In this document: positions 9,203 to 18,491 of the stretch, one piece after another | Position numbering within the stretch: position 1 is the stretch's first letter | How the letters are laid out: every line of letters starts with the position of its first letter | Source: a plasmid | Reading direction: 5' to 3' (one strand) | Assembly: GCF_054482595.1 (NCBI RefSeq) | Contig: NZ_JBTHVH010000001.1 | DNA: 64,000 nt | Notes under the pieces: generated by a model | The model's database searches: none | Told to the model about the DNA's origin: nothing | The model's input: the letters and a program-made list of their open reading frames with translations, nothing else | Position numbers and translations under genes: made by a program

Positions 9203-10792
9203 TTACTTAATAAGCAGCGGTACGCCCTGGATACGACGGGCTACGCCAGTCGGGCAGCAGGCCCAGACTACTTCCCATTTATCGAATTCCGCCTGCGTAA
9301 CTTTCAGCACATACGGTTCTGTACCGTCAGCATCAGGATCACGAGGAGCCACCAGAGCGCCGGAGGCGACAAAGCGATCCAAAAGTTTGGTCATCCCTTT
9401 AGTCAGACCAGCGGCAGTAATACCGTCAGGGCTATGCTTCATCTGGCGGGCTAACTGGACAAAGAAACGGCTGATTGCATTCATCAGGGATGGGACGTGC
9501 TGGAAGTGCAGATAGTTATCCTGCGTGCAGCAAGTTAAAGCATCGTCGATGATCATCTGGCCAGAGGTGCCAACAGATACTTTATTGAGGCGGCCCTTAA
9601 CCATTGCTTCTTCGTCCGGGGTATCTTCCGGATACAGCGGTTGAATTGACGCACGAGCAATGACGGCACGTTCTTCACCAGCCGGTGAGTAATGCCAACC
9701 GCCGACATCAGAGTTTTTCTTGACGCCACGAGCTTTCGCCGCATACGCCGCGCCAGACAGACCGAAGACCACACGGGATTGGGTCCATTTGTCTTTGCAG
9801 GAGAACGGGAAGTGATAGACAGAACAGCTTACATAATCGGTACCAAGTAAACCGGTGCCCTCAACAGCTGTTAGTGCTTCTGCGTACCTTAATGTCGGTT
9901 TGACATCAAAGAAGCCATCAATCAGGCGATCAGAACAGATATTACCTAACGCAGTGATCGCCGCATTGTCATAGCACCCCAGGCCGAGAACAGCGGTGTA
10001 CATGTACGGCGCATTGTTCAGCACTTTCACCGCACGCAGGTACGCAGCGGTTGAGATTTTCGACTGATCGCCGTTGGTACCGCCAGTGAACGCCAACGAT
10101 TTTTTGTTTGTTACTTTCGCTGTCGAAATCAGCTCTTCATTAACAACCGCGCGCAGATATTTAGAACGGGCTTCCAGAGCCGTAGGCAGATAACACAAGC
10201 GGCCCATGTCATCTTTCGCTTCTTCCGCCAAAGACACAGTGTGTGTCTCCAGGGTCGTTACCACGCCGAGCGAAGTCGTCTGGGTCAGTTTTAAGAGGAA
10301 GCGTTCATTACCCGCGCTGTCCGCTGTTGCCGTTTCGATGGTTAACTCACGGGTAGGTGAAATACACGGATCACCATCATCAACGTAGATAGCAAAGGCT
10401 TCGCCACTATCAAGTTCAATTTCAGAACCGTATGGCAACGCACTGTAAGCCGGTTCGCCTGATTCATCGAACATAATAATCGGGAACTTCGCATCATCCG
10501 GAACAGCGCGAACAACATAACCAGACGTTTGCTGAATAGCTTCGTATACATGGCGAATTGGTTCGAACTGTGAGCCGGAAGACGGCTTCAGCGGTTCGCC
10601 GAGAACATCTTCGTAATTGGACTCAGTAACCGCAAGAACAGTAAACGGCTTGCCACGCGCAAATACGCCAATACCAGCCCACAAGCTGCTATTTAATGCA
10701 ACACCGGTAGATAACGTCGCATCGGCATTGATCGGGCTAACAGCGACGCCGGATGCATTACCTAATGACTGTTGAATTGAATATTGAGACAT
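9203..10792 (-). CDS. tail sheath-like protein (P1 gp22-like position and size)
   Basis: 529 aa, adjacent to the major-head-like gene in the block next to parS, matching P1 organisation. Confidence 0.5.
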   Translation of the reverse strand: MSQYSIQQSLGNASGVAVSPINADATLSTGVALNSSLWAGIGVFARGKPFTVLAVTESNYEDVLGEPLKPSSGSQFEPIRHVYEAIQQTSGYVVRAVPDDAKFPIIMFDESGEPAYSALPYGSEIELDSGEAFAIYVDDGDPCISPTRELTIETATADSAGNERFLLKLTQTTSLGVVTTLETHTVSLAEEAKDDMGRLCYLPTALEARSKYLRAVVNEELISTAKVTNKKSLAFTGGTNGDQSKISTAAYLRAVKVLNNAPYMYTAVLGLGCYDNAAITALGNICSDRLIDGFFDVKPTLRYAEALTAVEGTGLLGTDYVSCSVYHFPFSCKDKWTQSRVVFGLSGAAYAAKARGVKKNSDVGGWHYSPAGEERAVIARASIQPLYPEDTPDEEAMVKGRLNKVSVGTSGQMIIDDALTCCTQDNYLHFQHVPSLMNAISRFFVQLARQMKHSPDGITAAGLTKGMTKLLDRFVASGALVAPRDPDADGTEPYVLKVTQAEFDKWEVVWACCPTGVARRIQGVPLLIK

Positions 10793-10852
10793 AACTTTCC
10801 CTGTTATGCGCCCCGCACGGGGGCGCTATGTTAAACGGAGAACTTCCCCTGA

Positions 10853-12580
10853 TTACTCAGAGTCACCGGCATCAATCGTGTCGCCGCTTATGAAGTTAAG
10901 CCCGCCTTTTTTGGCCATTGTCAGCGTTACACGAGTGAAGTAATCAGCGCCGTTGCGTGGGTGCATATCATTGATAGCCGAACCCCACAGCGTGGTACGA
11001 TTGACCAGCGCCGGAGTGGTCGGATGCTGGAACGGGATGGCCGGGACAGCATCACCAGTCACGAAGCCTGCTTTACCCGGATTTTCATCACGGACGTAGC
11101 ACAGCACATCCATCGAGCTGAACTGAATGTTCTCTGTCGTTAAGTTCTTACAAATACCAGCAGGTACTTCGTACACTTTCACGTTACCGAACAGGGTACC
11201 GATGTAGTGAACATACGGAGTCTGGATATAGTCTTCGGCTGGCTGGAAGAAATCCTTCGGCAACTGTTTGAAGAAAGATGCTGCATCAGCACCAGCAAAC
11301 ATCCCCATCGCACCAGAAGATTTAACGCGCTCAATAATGTCGCGATATACAGTCTGGAATTTGCCACGAATGATGGTTGCCCATACATCAAAGGACTGGT
11401 TAACCGGCAGAGCGATGTCAAAGGTGTCGGTCGCAAGAGTGCGCCAGATCATGATGCGAAGACGCAGCATATCCTGTTCATGAGACAGGTATTCCTTCAG
11501 GGTGCGGAACTGTAGGGAACCCAGGTCCAGACCAAATTCACGCTGTGCTTCATACGCCGCCTGTACCGTGTGCTCAGCCGCGATAACGAACTGACTTGGG
11601 AACAGGGTGTATTTCTTCATTTCGTGGTTGATCAGCGGGATCAGCTCAGGAGCGGCTTCAATATTGATTTCCGTCTCAATTGCGATCTCAGTGCCTTTAT
11701 CCGGCGCTTTGGAGAACGACAGGGCAATCTGACCAATGTTGTAGTTCAGAGAGCAGGTAACAGTGATTTGCTCACCAGCAGCATTAGTAAACGAGTGAAG
11801 TAGGCTGCCGGAACCGTTATCAACAACAGACTTAATACGGTTAACGTAGATGTTAGTGCGACCTTTTCGGATTGGTACATTCCGGCCTTCGAAGTCTTCC
11901 ATCTTGAAGGTTGCGGTTTTGCTGGTGCCATCGGAGCTTGCCACCAGCACATAGCGGCGGCGTAACTGGCTGTACACACCGACGGATTGCATGTCCAGAA
12001 CATCACCAGCAGCATAAGAACCAAAAGAGGAACCTGCCACGTTAAAGACTTCATAGATGTCGGACTGGTCACGCGTAACCGGAATGAAGGTACACGCATC
12101 AGCGGTAGCTGCCCCCAACTGAACAGGCAGGATCATCGCGAGGAATAAAGGCAGACGCATAACACCGTCAGAAACGCTCATCATCTCTGCTGCGACGGAT
12201 TCCAGCATCGCTTTATTAGTGGCATCCATGCTGTTGCGGGTGGACTCAATCAGGCAGTTTTCCAGCGTCTGGTGGCAGGAGGCCAGAATTTCCGGACGCG
12301 GCATAGATTTATGTGCTGCGGCGTAGTCAGCCAGTGCACTTGCCCACGCTGTAGCGATTTGAGCGGTGGCATTATCAGAGATACCCGCAAAAATTGGGTC
12401 TTTACGTGCAGCTTCAAGGATAGATGCGGCACGCGCGGCATCATCTTTAATGAATTGGTTATCAGTACCGAACTGCGCAGTGCTTGCCCAGCCAAGCACA
12501 GCTTTAGAGCGTTTTGCGATATCTGCAATACGATTCTGGTATTCGCGTAAGTTACTCAATTTACTCTTCCTTAAACACAA
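10853..12580 (-). CDS. major head protein-like (P1 gp23-like position and size)
   Basis: 575 aa; track start is a TTG; an in-frame TTG at 12559 with an AAGGAAG Shine-Dalgarno is a better start. Confidence 0.5.
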   Translation of the reverse strand: MCLRKSKLSNLREYQNRIADIAKRSKAVLGWASTAQFGTDNQFIKDDAARAASILEAARKDPIFAGISDNATAQIATAWASALADYAAAHKSMPRPEILASCHQTLENCLIESTRNSMDATNKAMLESVAAEMMSVSDGVMRLPLFLAMILPVQLGAATADACTFIPVTRDQSDIYEVFNVAGSSFGSYAAGDVLDMQSVGVYSQLRRRYVLVASSDGTSKTATFKMEDFEGRNVPIRKGRTNIYVNRIKSVVDNGSGSLLHSFTNAAGEQITVTCSLNYNIGQIALSFSKAPDKGTEIAIETEINIEAAPELIPLINHEMKKYTLFPSQFVIAAEHTVQAAYEAQREFGLDLGSLQFRTLKEYLSHEQDMLRLRIMIWRTLATDTFDIALPVNQSFDVWATIIRGKFQTVYRDIIERVKSSGAMGMFAGADAASFFKQLPKDFFQPAEDYIQTPYVHYIGTLFGNVKVYEVPAGICKNLTTENIQFSSMDVLCYVRDENPGKAGFVTGDAVPAIPFQHPTTPALVNRTTLWGSAINDMHPRNGADYFTRVTLTMAKKGGLNFISGDTIDAGDSE

Positions 12581-12691
12581 GGCACTTGTGTGAATCCCTT
12601 TTCGGAAGAGATTTTATTGAAAGTCACTTGTTGACTTTCTCGTGACAAGCAATTTTTTTATTTTTTTCGGGAGTAGGGGAGGAAGGTAAAA

Positions 12692-12779
12692 TCCAAGGTG
12701 AAATCGTGGCGATTTCACCTTGAAATTTTAGAGGGATTTACTTTAAAAACAGTAGGTTAATAGTGAAATTTAAATGGCG
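12692..12779 (-). other. parS: parS partition site (IHF site flanked by heptamer ATTTCAC and hexamer TCGCCA boxes)
   Basis: Reverse complement reads TCGCCATTTAAATTTCAC...AAATTTCAAGGTGAAATCGCCACGATTTCACCTTGG, matching the P1 parS layout. Confidence 0.8.
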
Positions 12780-12784
12780 AAAGT

Positions 12785-13786
12785 TTAAGGCTTCGGCTTT
12801 TTATCGAGGCTCTTTCTAAGGATATGCCCAATCATCCTGTCGAGTTCTTCCTGTAGCTCTTTTGAAAGTCGATTAAACTCATAAGAAAATGCACGGCCTT
12901 TCACGCGCTTCCTTGCAAAGCGATCCTTGTCCTCAAATTTCCATAATTCAGTAACTACGGACTTATCTTTAGAACCTTTATCCGTGAGTAGTGAGGCTTC
13001 CTTTGTTATCAAGCGCAGGATTTTATTTTTAACTTCATCTTCGGCCATTTCTTCAATGGATAAGATGTCGTTTATTTCCGGGGATATGTTTTGAATAAGC
13101 TGATCAAACTCTAAATTCTTGTTCCCCATTTCGTCGCCAACAGCACAAAGCGTTTTGTAGTCCGAAAAGGTTAATTCCGACTGCACAGGGAAAAGGGCGA
13201 CTAATTCTTCCGGAGCACTCGCTGCCTGGAGAGCACGCGTGACCTTCGCCTGAGACAGCCCTTCTTTGGCTGCAATATCCTTCTGACTCATCCCATCATT
13301 TTTCATTCGCATCAAACGCAGACCTATTTCTCGAATGCTGTGCTGCAATGCTGTCTGAACGTCTTTCGCTAAATTTTGCGCTTCCTGAACGCTGATCTCC
13401 TGGTCCGTGACTAAAACCCGCAACCCTACGTTCTCTAAGATGGCAGAAGCTCGACGCCGGGAACCATCCAAAATTTCAATTTTCCCTGTAGCCCGTCTGA
13501 CACCTATTGCAGGGTAAAATTGCTGATGCTTAATAGTGCTTCGGATACTTTTTAATGATTTTGGCGTAAGAGATGCCTGGTCACGCCCGTTGTTATGCTG
13601 ATCAACAAAGGTATCGCTTTCTACCTGGTTCGGAGGTATTACCTCTTCAATAAATGTGGCCTGGCGACCAGTTGATAACTTGAATACCTGCTCGACTCGA
13701 TCGCCAGAGGCTGAAGAACTATCAAATCCGCTTAATATTGAAGGATTAAGGGTTCGCCCAATTGTTGGTCTGTTTTTCTTTGACAT
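12785..13786 (-). CDS. parB: partition protein ParB
   Basis: 333 aa, directly upstream of parS and downstream of parA. Confidence 0.8.
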   Translation of the reverse strand: MSKKNRPTIGRTLNPSILSGFDSSSASGDRVEQVFKLSTGRQATFIEEVIPPNQVESDTFVDQHNNGRDQASLTPKSLKSIRSTIKHQQFYPAIGVRRATGKIEILDGSRRRASAILENVGLRVLVTDQEISVQEAQNLAKDVQTALQHSIREIGLRLMRMKNDGMSQKDIAAKEGLSQAKVTRALQAASAPEELVALFPVQSELTFSDYKTLCAVGDEMGNKNLEFDQLIQNISPEINDILSIEEMAEDEVKNKILRLITKEASLLTDKGSKDKSVVTELWKFEDKDRFARKRVKGRAFSYEFNRLSKELQEELDRMIGHILRKSLDKKPKP

Positions 13787-13802
13787 GGGGGTTTCTTACT
13801 CC

Positions 13803-14999
13803 TCAGTTAGATCTGATAAATTCAATACGGTCAAAAACTGCTTTAGCAAAATCTTCCGCAGCAATTCGCGCGTTCTTCAATGCATCAGCACTACCAACAT
13901 ACGTTGCCGGGTTAGCTGAAATAACAGTGTCAAAAGACTCGCCGCAGCGTTCAAAACCGTCAAGGCGAGGGAGGACAACATCAAGCATATCCCCACCGAA
14001 CACTTCTTTAGCCAGGCTATGGCAATACTTATGGTCTGCCTTGTTACTCAACTTGGACATAAAACCAATGTTAGTTGCAAGCTGACACTCGCAGCCTTCA
14101 TCCGAAATGAGTTTCACCAACTCAGGAAGGCGGGCAACGTATTTAAGCGATGAGTGGAAATCAACCGTTGCAGGCGGCAGAGGTGTAAACAGTATATTGG
14201 CCGAGGCCAAAGCATTTTTCAGGAAGGCGTCAAGGTGAGGACCACTATCAACGAGGATAAAGTCATAATCGCTCTTCAGCTTATCAATCACATTCTCTTT
14301 CAGGACAGCATGGATGTTCTGACCCGGTAGATGCTCATTGCACAGCTCTCTCCAATCGGATGCAATAAAGGCATCGTCAATCGACGCAGGCATAACGTCA
14401 ACCCCAGGTACAACAGAAGGAACAATAAACTCCTCTAACAGCTCTTCACGGCTTACATTCTGCAACATAGCCTGTGCAGATGTTGCGTTTACGATACCAA
14501 TAGAGTGTTTATGGCTTAAAAACATCGTTGCTGAAGATTGCGGATCAAGGTCAATAACCAGAATCCTTAAATCTTCCATCAGAAGATGAGGGTGGGCACG
14601 CATTGCATGCGCCAGAGAAACCGTCGATACAGTTTTTGACACACCGCCTTTAAGATTGGAGATGAAAATCACATACGCTTCGCTGTAGCGATCCCGGTAT
14701 TTTGGCACTCCGCGATGTTCATATATGTCAATGATGTTCTGAATTGACATCGCATATTTCATTGAAGAGCCAGCAGGGCGTTTATCGAAAACATAACCCT
14801 TTTCTTCCATTTCACTTACGGCATAGTCAACGTTCGCACGAGTCAGTAGAGGCAATTTTGCCAGTGCCGCTTTCGCATAGACCTGGTAAAACTCGTTCGC
14901 GTGTAGCTCATCCTTTTGCAACTGTACTTGTTCAGTCAGAACATTGAGCATTCTATTTGCTCTTTGAGCAACCTTGTGAAGCTGGCTGGAATCACTCAT
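13803..14999 (-). CDS. parA: partition ATPase ParA
   Basis: 398 aa; deviant Walker A KGGVSKT; begins MSDSSQLHKVAQRANRMLNV as P1 ParA. Confidence 0.85.
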   Translation of the reverse strand: MSDSSQLHKVAQRANRMLNVLTEQVQLQKDELHANEFYQVYAKAALAKLPLLTRANVDYAVSEMEEKGYVFDKRPAGSSMKYAMSIQNIIDIYEHRGVPKYRDRYSEAYVIFISNLKGGVSKTVSTVSLAHAMRAHPHLLMEDLRILVIDLDPQSSATMFLSHKHSIGIVNATSAQAMLQNVSREELLEEFIVPSVVPGVDVMPASIDDAFIASDWRELCNEHLPGQNIHAVLKENVIDKLKSDYDFILVDSGPHLDAFLKNALASANILFTPLPPATVDFHSSLKYVARLPELVKLISDEGCECQLATNIGFMSKLSNKADHKYCHSLAKEVFGGDMLDVVLPRLDGFERCGESFDTVISANPATYVGSADALKNARIAAEDFAKAVFDRIEFIRSN

Positions 15000-15138
15000 C
15001 GAAAGTCATCCTTTATGCTGTATTTTTGAATTTAATTAAAAATGCTGCATAAAATAATAATGTATGCGTAGATGCTTGTACATAGCATTCTCTGCATGTT
15101 TGGTTCATTTTGCACGATTGAGAGTTACAAGGAGGGCA

Positions 15139-15161
15139 CAAAAAAGCCCCGTTCAGGGGCA
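15139..15161 (-). terminator. rho-independent terminator after the 15168 gene
   Basis: Hairpin GCCCCTGAACGGGGC followed by T-run on the minus strand. Confidence 0.55.
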
Positions 15162-15167
15162 TCAGTG

Positions 15168-15572
15168 TTATTTGCTAAGAGCAGCGAATAATCGTTCGAA
15201 ATCGATAGTATCTATAGCACGCGTAAGCGCCGGAAGTTCAGCCTCAAAGTACCCGTGTCGATCGTAAAAGAAGGGACCGAAGAGCGAGGCATGTTGGATT
15301 CTACTTCGCCCCAGCCCGGACACACAGTTAAGCCCATTACCGGCTAAAAGGCTAAAAAACTTCTCTGGATTATCGTGGTAAAGCTGGGAATCAATGGTGG
15401 CGGTTAACTCTTCCATAGGGAAGCACACCCGCCCTGTATCCCAGGGATATTTAGTCCGAAGCATAAACATTGCTTTCAGCAATTCACATTGAGCGCGGAT
15501 CGCGTCCGGTTCATAGCCAGATATGGAGACATAAGCCACGTCCCTCATTCCTGCGTCATCTTTGAAAGTCAC
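15168..15572 (-). CDS. hypothetical protein (134 aa)
   Basis: ORF with its own terminator; no recognisable motif. Confidence 0.45.
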   Translation of the reverse strand: MTFKDDAGMRDVAYVSISGYEPDAIRAQCELLKAMFMLRTKYPWDTGRVCFPMEELTATIDSQLYHDNPEKFFSLLAGNGLNCVSGLGRSRIQHASLFGPFFYDRHGYFEAELPALTRAIDTIDFERLFAALSK

Positions 15573-15698
15573 GATAGAAGTAACATCCAGCTCTTTTTCG
15601 AAAGAGCAAGCAGCATCTACTGGACGCTGAAGTAAATCATTCGACTTAATGCGCTCGAGAATCCCTCCCTACATATCATTTAGATATTCGATATGAGC

Positions 15699-15977
15699 CT
15701 AAACCTTATCAAGACACTCTCGTGTAAACCATTCAGTATGCCCGCCACCGGCGCTTTTCTCCCACGGCGCATTCCAGGGGAAAAAGGTTGCGTGTAAAGC
15801 CCGCTCAAGATTAACTATTGCCAAACGCGTACCACGATAGACCCGTGAAAGCGCAAAATCGGGACTCACTTGTAGCCCTTTAAACCGTGCCAATGGACCA
15901 CATGAAATGCCGATTTTAAAAGTATCTCCATTCTCCGGCACCAGAACGTAGAGGTAGTGTTGTTTCTCTTCTTGCAT
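15699..15977 (-). CDS. small standalone T5orf172/GIY-YIG-like domain protein (92 aa)
   Basis: YLYVL...KIGIS...GGHTEWF motif arrangement. Confidence 0.5.
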   Translation of the reverse strand: MQEEKQHYLYVLVPENGDTFKIGISCGPLARFKGLQVSPDFALSRVYRGTRLAIVNLERALHATFFPWNAPWEKSAGGGHTEWFTRECLDKV

Positions 15978-15984
15978 ATCAATA

Positions 15985-16240
15985 CCACTGCTTGATGAGA
16001 ACCGCGCAAATGTTGACTATGCGCGATGTGACTACAGTCAAAAGTTGACTGTAGTCGATTTAACTCCACCAAAGATCGACTATGTAAGATATTGTCGGGA
16101 GAAACGTTGACTATACGCGATGAAATGCCCCTAAAAGCCATCTCAATAGCGACTTGCAGAATATTGACGCCAGCAAAAATCCACCAGCGTCAACGAATGT
16201 CGCCTATAGTCAACTTCTCGCTATCGCATATAGTCAATAT
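15985..16240. repeat. incA: incA-like iteron array downstream of repA
   Basis: Multiple copies of the core (C/T)(A/G)TAGTCAA(C/T) in both orientations. Confidence 0.65.
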
Positions 16241-17124
16241 TATGGATTGCGCTTATGGATCTGGAAGCCGATTTTCCTGCCGTTTTTTATCTCTGAAAAT
16301 TTAAGATATTCAATAGCTTCCAAATCTTTCATGGCTTTTCTGATAACGCTATTTTGCACGCTAACGGATGATTTGAGATTAAGCCTCGCTCTAAGGCGCT
16401 CAATGCTGACAGGTGCCGGGTTGGCGGGTAGAGCCTCAAAGAATGTATACAGTACCTTGGCCGTCTCTTTGCGCCCTAGTTTATCCAGCATCTTCAGCTT
16501 CAGGATTCGCTTATAGTCAACATAGTAAAGTTCAGATAGCTGTTTCTGCGGCTGGATCTCGATAACATCAAGCTCGGTATTCAGGCTGCTATATGCCAAC
16601 AAGTTGACGTTAATGTTATTGAGATGACCTTTTGCCGCCGGGAAGCGGAATTTGACAACTGTCTGCTGAATGCGTGTCAGAGAGTCATCAATACTTTTAC
16701 GGAACGCCTTTGAAAGGCGCTTACGTGGATAGCCGCATCGATCGGCAAACTCGGAGAATGGCAGGGTGATTATGCCGTCATCATCAGGTGCGTAGTCAAA
16801 CAACGCGGAGGTTATGCCCACCCACACCTTAAAATCAGTATCCATATCCAGGCGTGGACCATGAATTTCAATTCCCTCATAGCCTTCCTGCTCAACAATT
16901 TTGAGGCTTGATAGTTCTTCAGTTGCGTTCGTTGTGTTTGTTGTAACTGACGATCCGCGACGTAGCGCCACATTGGTAGATTTTAAGGTTGGCACAAACA
17001 CACCTAAGCGCAACAAAGCGATGGGTTGTATAGTGCTGTTGTTATTGGGCTTCAGGCTGTGGATTTCTCCTGTATTTCCTGCAACTTCTTCAACGCTAAG
17101 GAAGCCTTTACTTTCTTCCGGCAT
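16240..17124 (-). CDS. repA: plasmid replication initiator RepA (iteron-binding), divergent from P1 RepA
   Basis: Flanked by iteron arrays; preferred ATG at 17124 with GGAG Shine-Dalgarno (track start 17160); blocks such as GPRLDMDTDFK and PLALLRLGVFVP resemble P1 RepA. Confidence 0.75.
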   Translation of the reverse strand: MPEESKGFLSVEEVAGNTGEIHSLKPNNNSTIQPIALLRLGVFVPTLKSTNVALRRGSSVTTNTTNATEELSSLKIVEQEGYEGIEIHGPRLDMDTDFKVWVGITSALFDYAPDDDGIITLPFSEFADRCGYPRKRLSKAFRKSIDDSLTRIQQTVVKFRFPAAKGHLNNINVNLLAYSSLNTELDVIEIQPQKQLSELYYVDYKRILKLKMLDKLGRKETAKVLYTFFEALPANPAPVSIERLRARLNLKSSVSVQNSVIRKAMKDLEAIEYLKFSEIKNGRKIGFQIHKRNP

Positions 17125-17164
17125 CACGGTTTCTCCATGTGTGGCGCGGCCTGACGTCAATTTG

Positions 17165-17440
17165 GATGGCTGTTATCAACAGCTGTGAATATTCAGACTC
17201 TAAAATCGCTTACAGTCAATGTTTCTGTCGCGTATAGTCAACAATAAATCGCGTGCAGTCAACAATAAATCGTGCACAGTCAACATAAAATCGCGTATAG
17301 TCAATGTTGATCCCATTTCAGGCCAGTAATGACGCGGCTTACAGCGATCCGGGATCTTCTTTGGATCTTCCTAGGTTCTCTTTAGGATCTGTTTATTGGA
17401 TCTATGCTGTGGATAAGTTGAATAAACCGGCCAACAAAGC
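17165..17440. other. oriR-like plasmid origin: five direct iterons, five GATC-containing heptamers, DnaA box
   Basis: Five repeats of AAATCG(C/T)G(T/C)A(T/C)AGTCAA 17195-17310; GATC sites 17345-17395; TGTGGATAA at 17411-17419. Confidence 0.7.
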
Positions 17441-17459
17441 CGGTTGGAAGGAAGTCATA

Positions 17460-17852
17460 TTATTCTACGCTTTCGATAAGAAGACCATGTTCATAACATT
17501 TAAGCTCATCGCCTTCGTACAGGAATTGGTATCCAATACCACCATTTTCATGGACATTAGGGAATAACTCATAACTCACTGAAGAGCAAATCACACCAAT
17601 GCAACGATCAACGCCTTCTCGTTCTTCAGTGCTGAAAAAATCCTCTTCGGTAAGAACATGAGTACATTGCTCATCAGCATAGGTCGGAAATACATGCTCG
17701 ATGCAATCCGGGTGTTTTAAACCAAGCTGATCGGCAAGCTCGAAAGCATGACGGTATTGTTCAGATCCTGGCTTGCCAACAGTGATGTGCTCAATTTTGT
17801 AGATTGAAGTCGCTTTGTTGATAGTTTGCTTTACTGTTACTTTATCAGACAT
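17460..17852 (-). CDS. hypothetical protein (130 aa)
   Basis: ORF immediately after oriR. Confidence 0.45.
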   Translation of the reverse strand: MSDKVTVKQTINKATSIYKIEHITVGKPGSEQYRHAFELADQLGLKHPDCIEHVFPTYADEQCTHVLTEEDFFSTEEREGVDRCIGVICSSVSYELFPNVHENGGIGYQFLYEGDELKCYEHGLLIESVE

Positions 17853-17863
17853 AAAAATCCCTT

Positions 17864-18115
17864 TTAGTTACCGCTGATAGCGCGGTTGTAATCATTAACG
17901 TTGCGATTCTTCCTGTTAATCCCCATCAGCATCGTTTCTGTATCGAGGATATACGCTGGCAGATCATCAAAATATTCACTGCTAAACTCTGGCATCCTGC
18001 ACATAAATGCACTTTTTGGGGCAGGGTGGTTAACCTTTGTCGGCGTCGGCGTTAAATTCGCTGATCGACTCCCGGAGCAACCGCTGAGTGTCAGCAGGAA
18101 TACGCTGGCGAACAT
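17864..18115 (-). CDS. outer-membrane lipoprotein, o-spanin-like (proline-rich after lipobox); start overlaps the upstream gene
   Basis: MFASVFLLTLSGC lipobox then Pro-rich segment; start lies inside the 3' end of the 18030-18452 gene in another frame. Confidence 0.5.
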   Translation of the reverse strand: MFASVFLLTLSGCSGSRSANLTPTPTKVNHPAPKSAFMCRMPEFSSEYFDDLPAYILDTETMLMGINRKNRNVNDYNRAISGN

Positions 18116-18452
18116 TACCCGCCGCAACCAGTTGTTTCTGAACTTCAGCTTTTCGTTCCATTTGCCTGTCAGCATATTTGGCTTGTTCTGATTCATTTTT
18201 CACTTCCTGGCTGTGAAAATGTTGCTCTGCTTTGTTCATCGTCTCAATGGTCTGGTTAAGATCCATTATTGACTTATCACGTTCCTTAACAGCCTGATCA
18301 AGACTGCCAATTTTCTCGATGGCTTGCTTTAGCTGATGACGTTCCCATGCAAACCCAGCACCAACAAGTGCGCAAATCAGAACAAGAACACCAGTAGCAG
18401 CAAGTTTCTCCTTCAAAGACAAAGCTGTTTTTAACGTAGAAAAGAATGACAT
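18030..18452 (-). CDS. i-spanin-like protein (N-terminal transmembrane helix plus periplasmic coiled coil)
   Basis: ATG at 18452 with AGGAGG Shine-Dalgarno; TM segment LAATGVLVLICALVGAGFAW. Confidence 0.5.
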   Translation of the reverse strand: MSFFSTLKTALSLKEKLAATGVLVLICALVGAGFAWERHQLKQAIEKIGSLDQAVKERDKSIMDLNQTIETMNKAEQHFHSQEVKNESEQAKYADRQMERKAEVQKQLVAAGNVRQRIPADTQRLLRESISEFNADADKG

Positions 18453-18491
18453 GTCTTCCTCCTGAAGAAAAATTATCAATGAAGTCCTTTG

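Noticed and set aside
8517-9515. Plus-strand ORFs (8517-8762, 8948-9454, 9186-9515) overlapping the minus-strand late genes
   Set aside because: They lie antisense to tightly packed late genes with coherent operon structure; no independent start signals.
12580-12690. 21-bp palindrome GAAAGTCACTTGTTGACTTTC upstream of the major-head-like gene as a defined late-promoter element
   Set aside because: Plausibly an activator-dependent late promoter element, but I cannot reconstruct the consensus reliably from the sequence alone, so it is not annotated as a feature.
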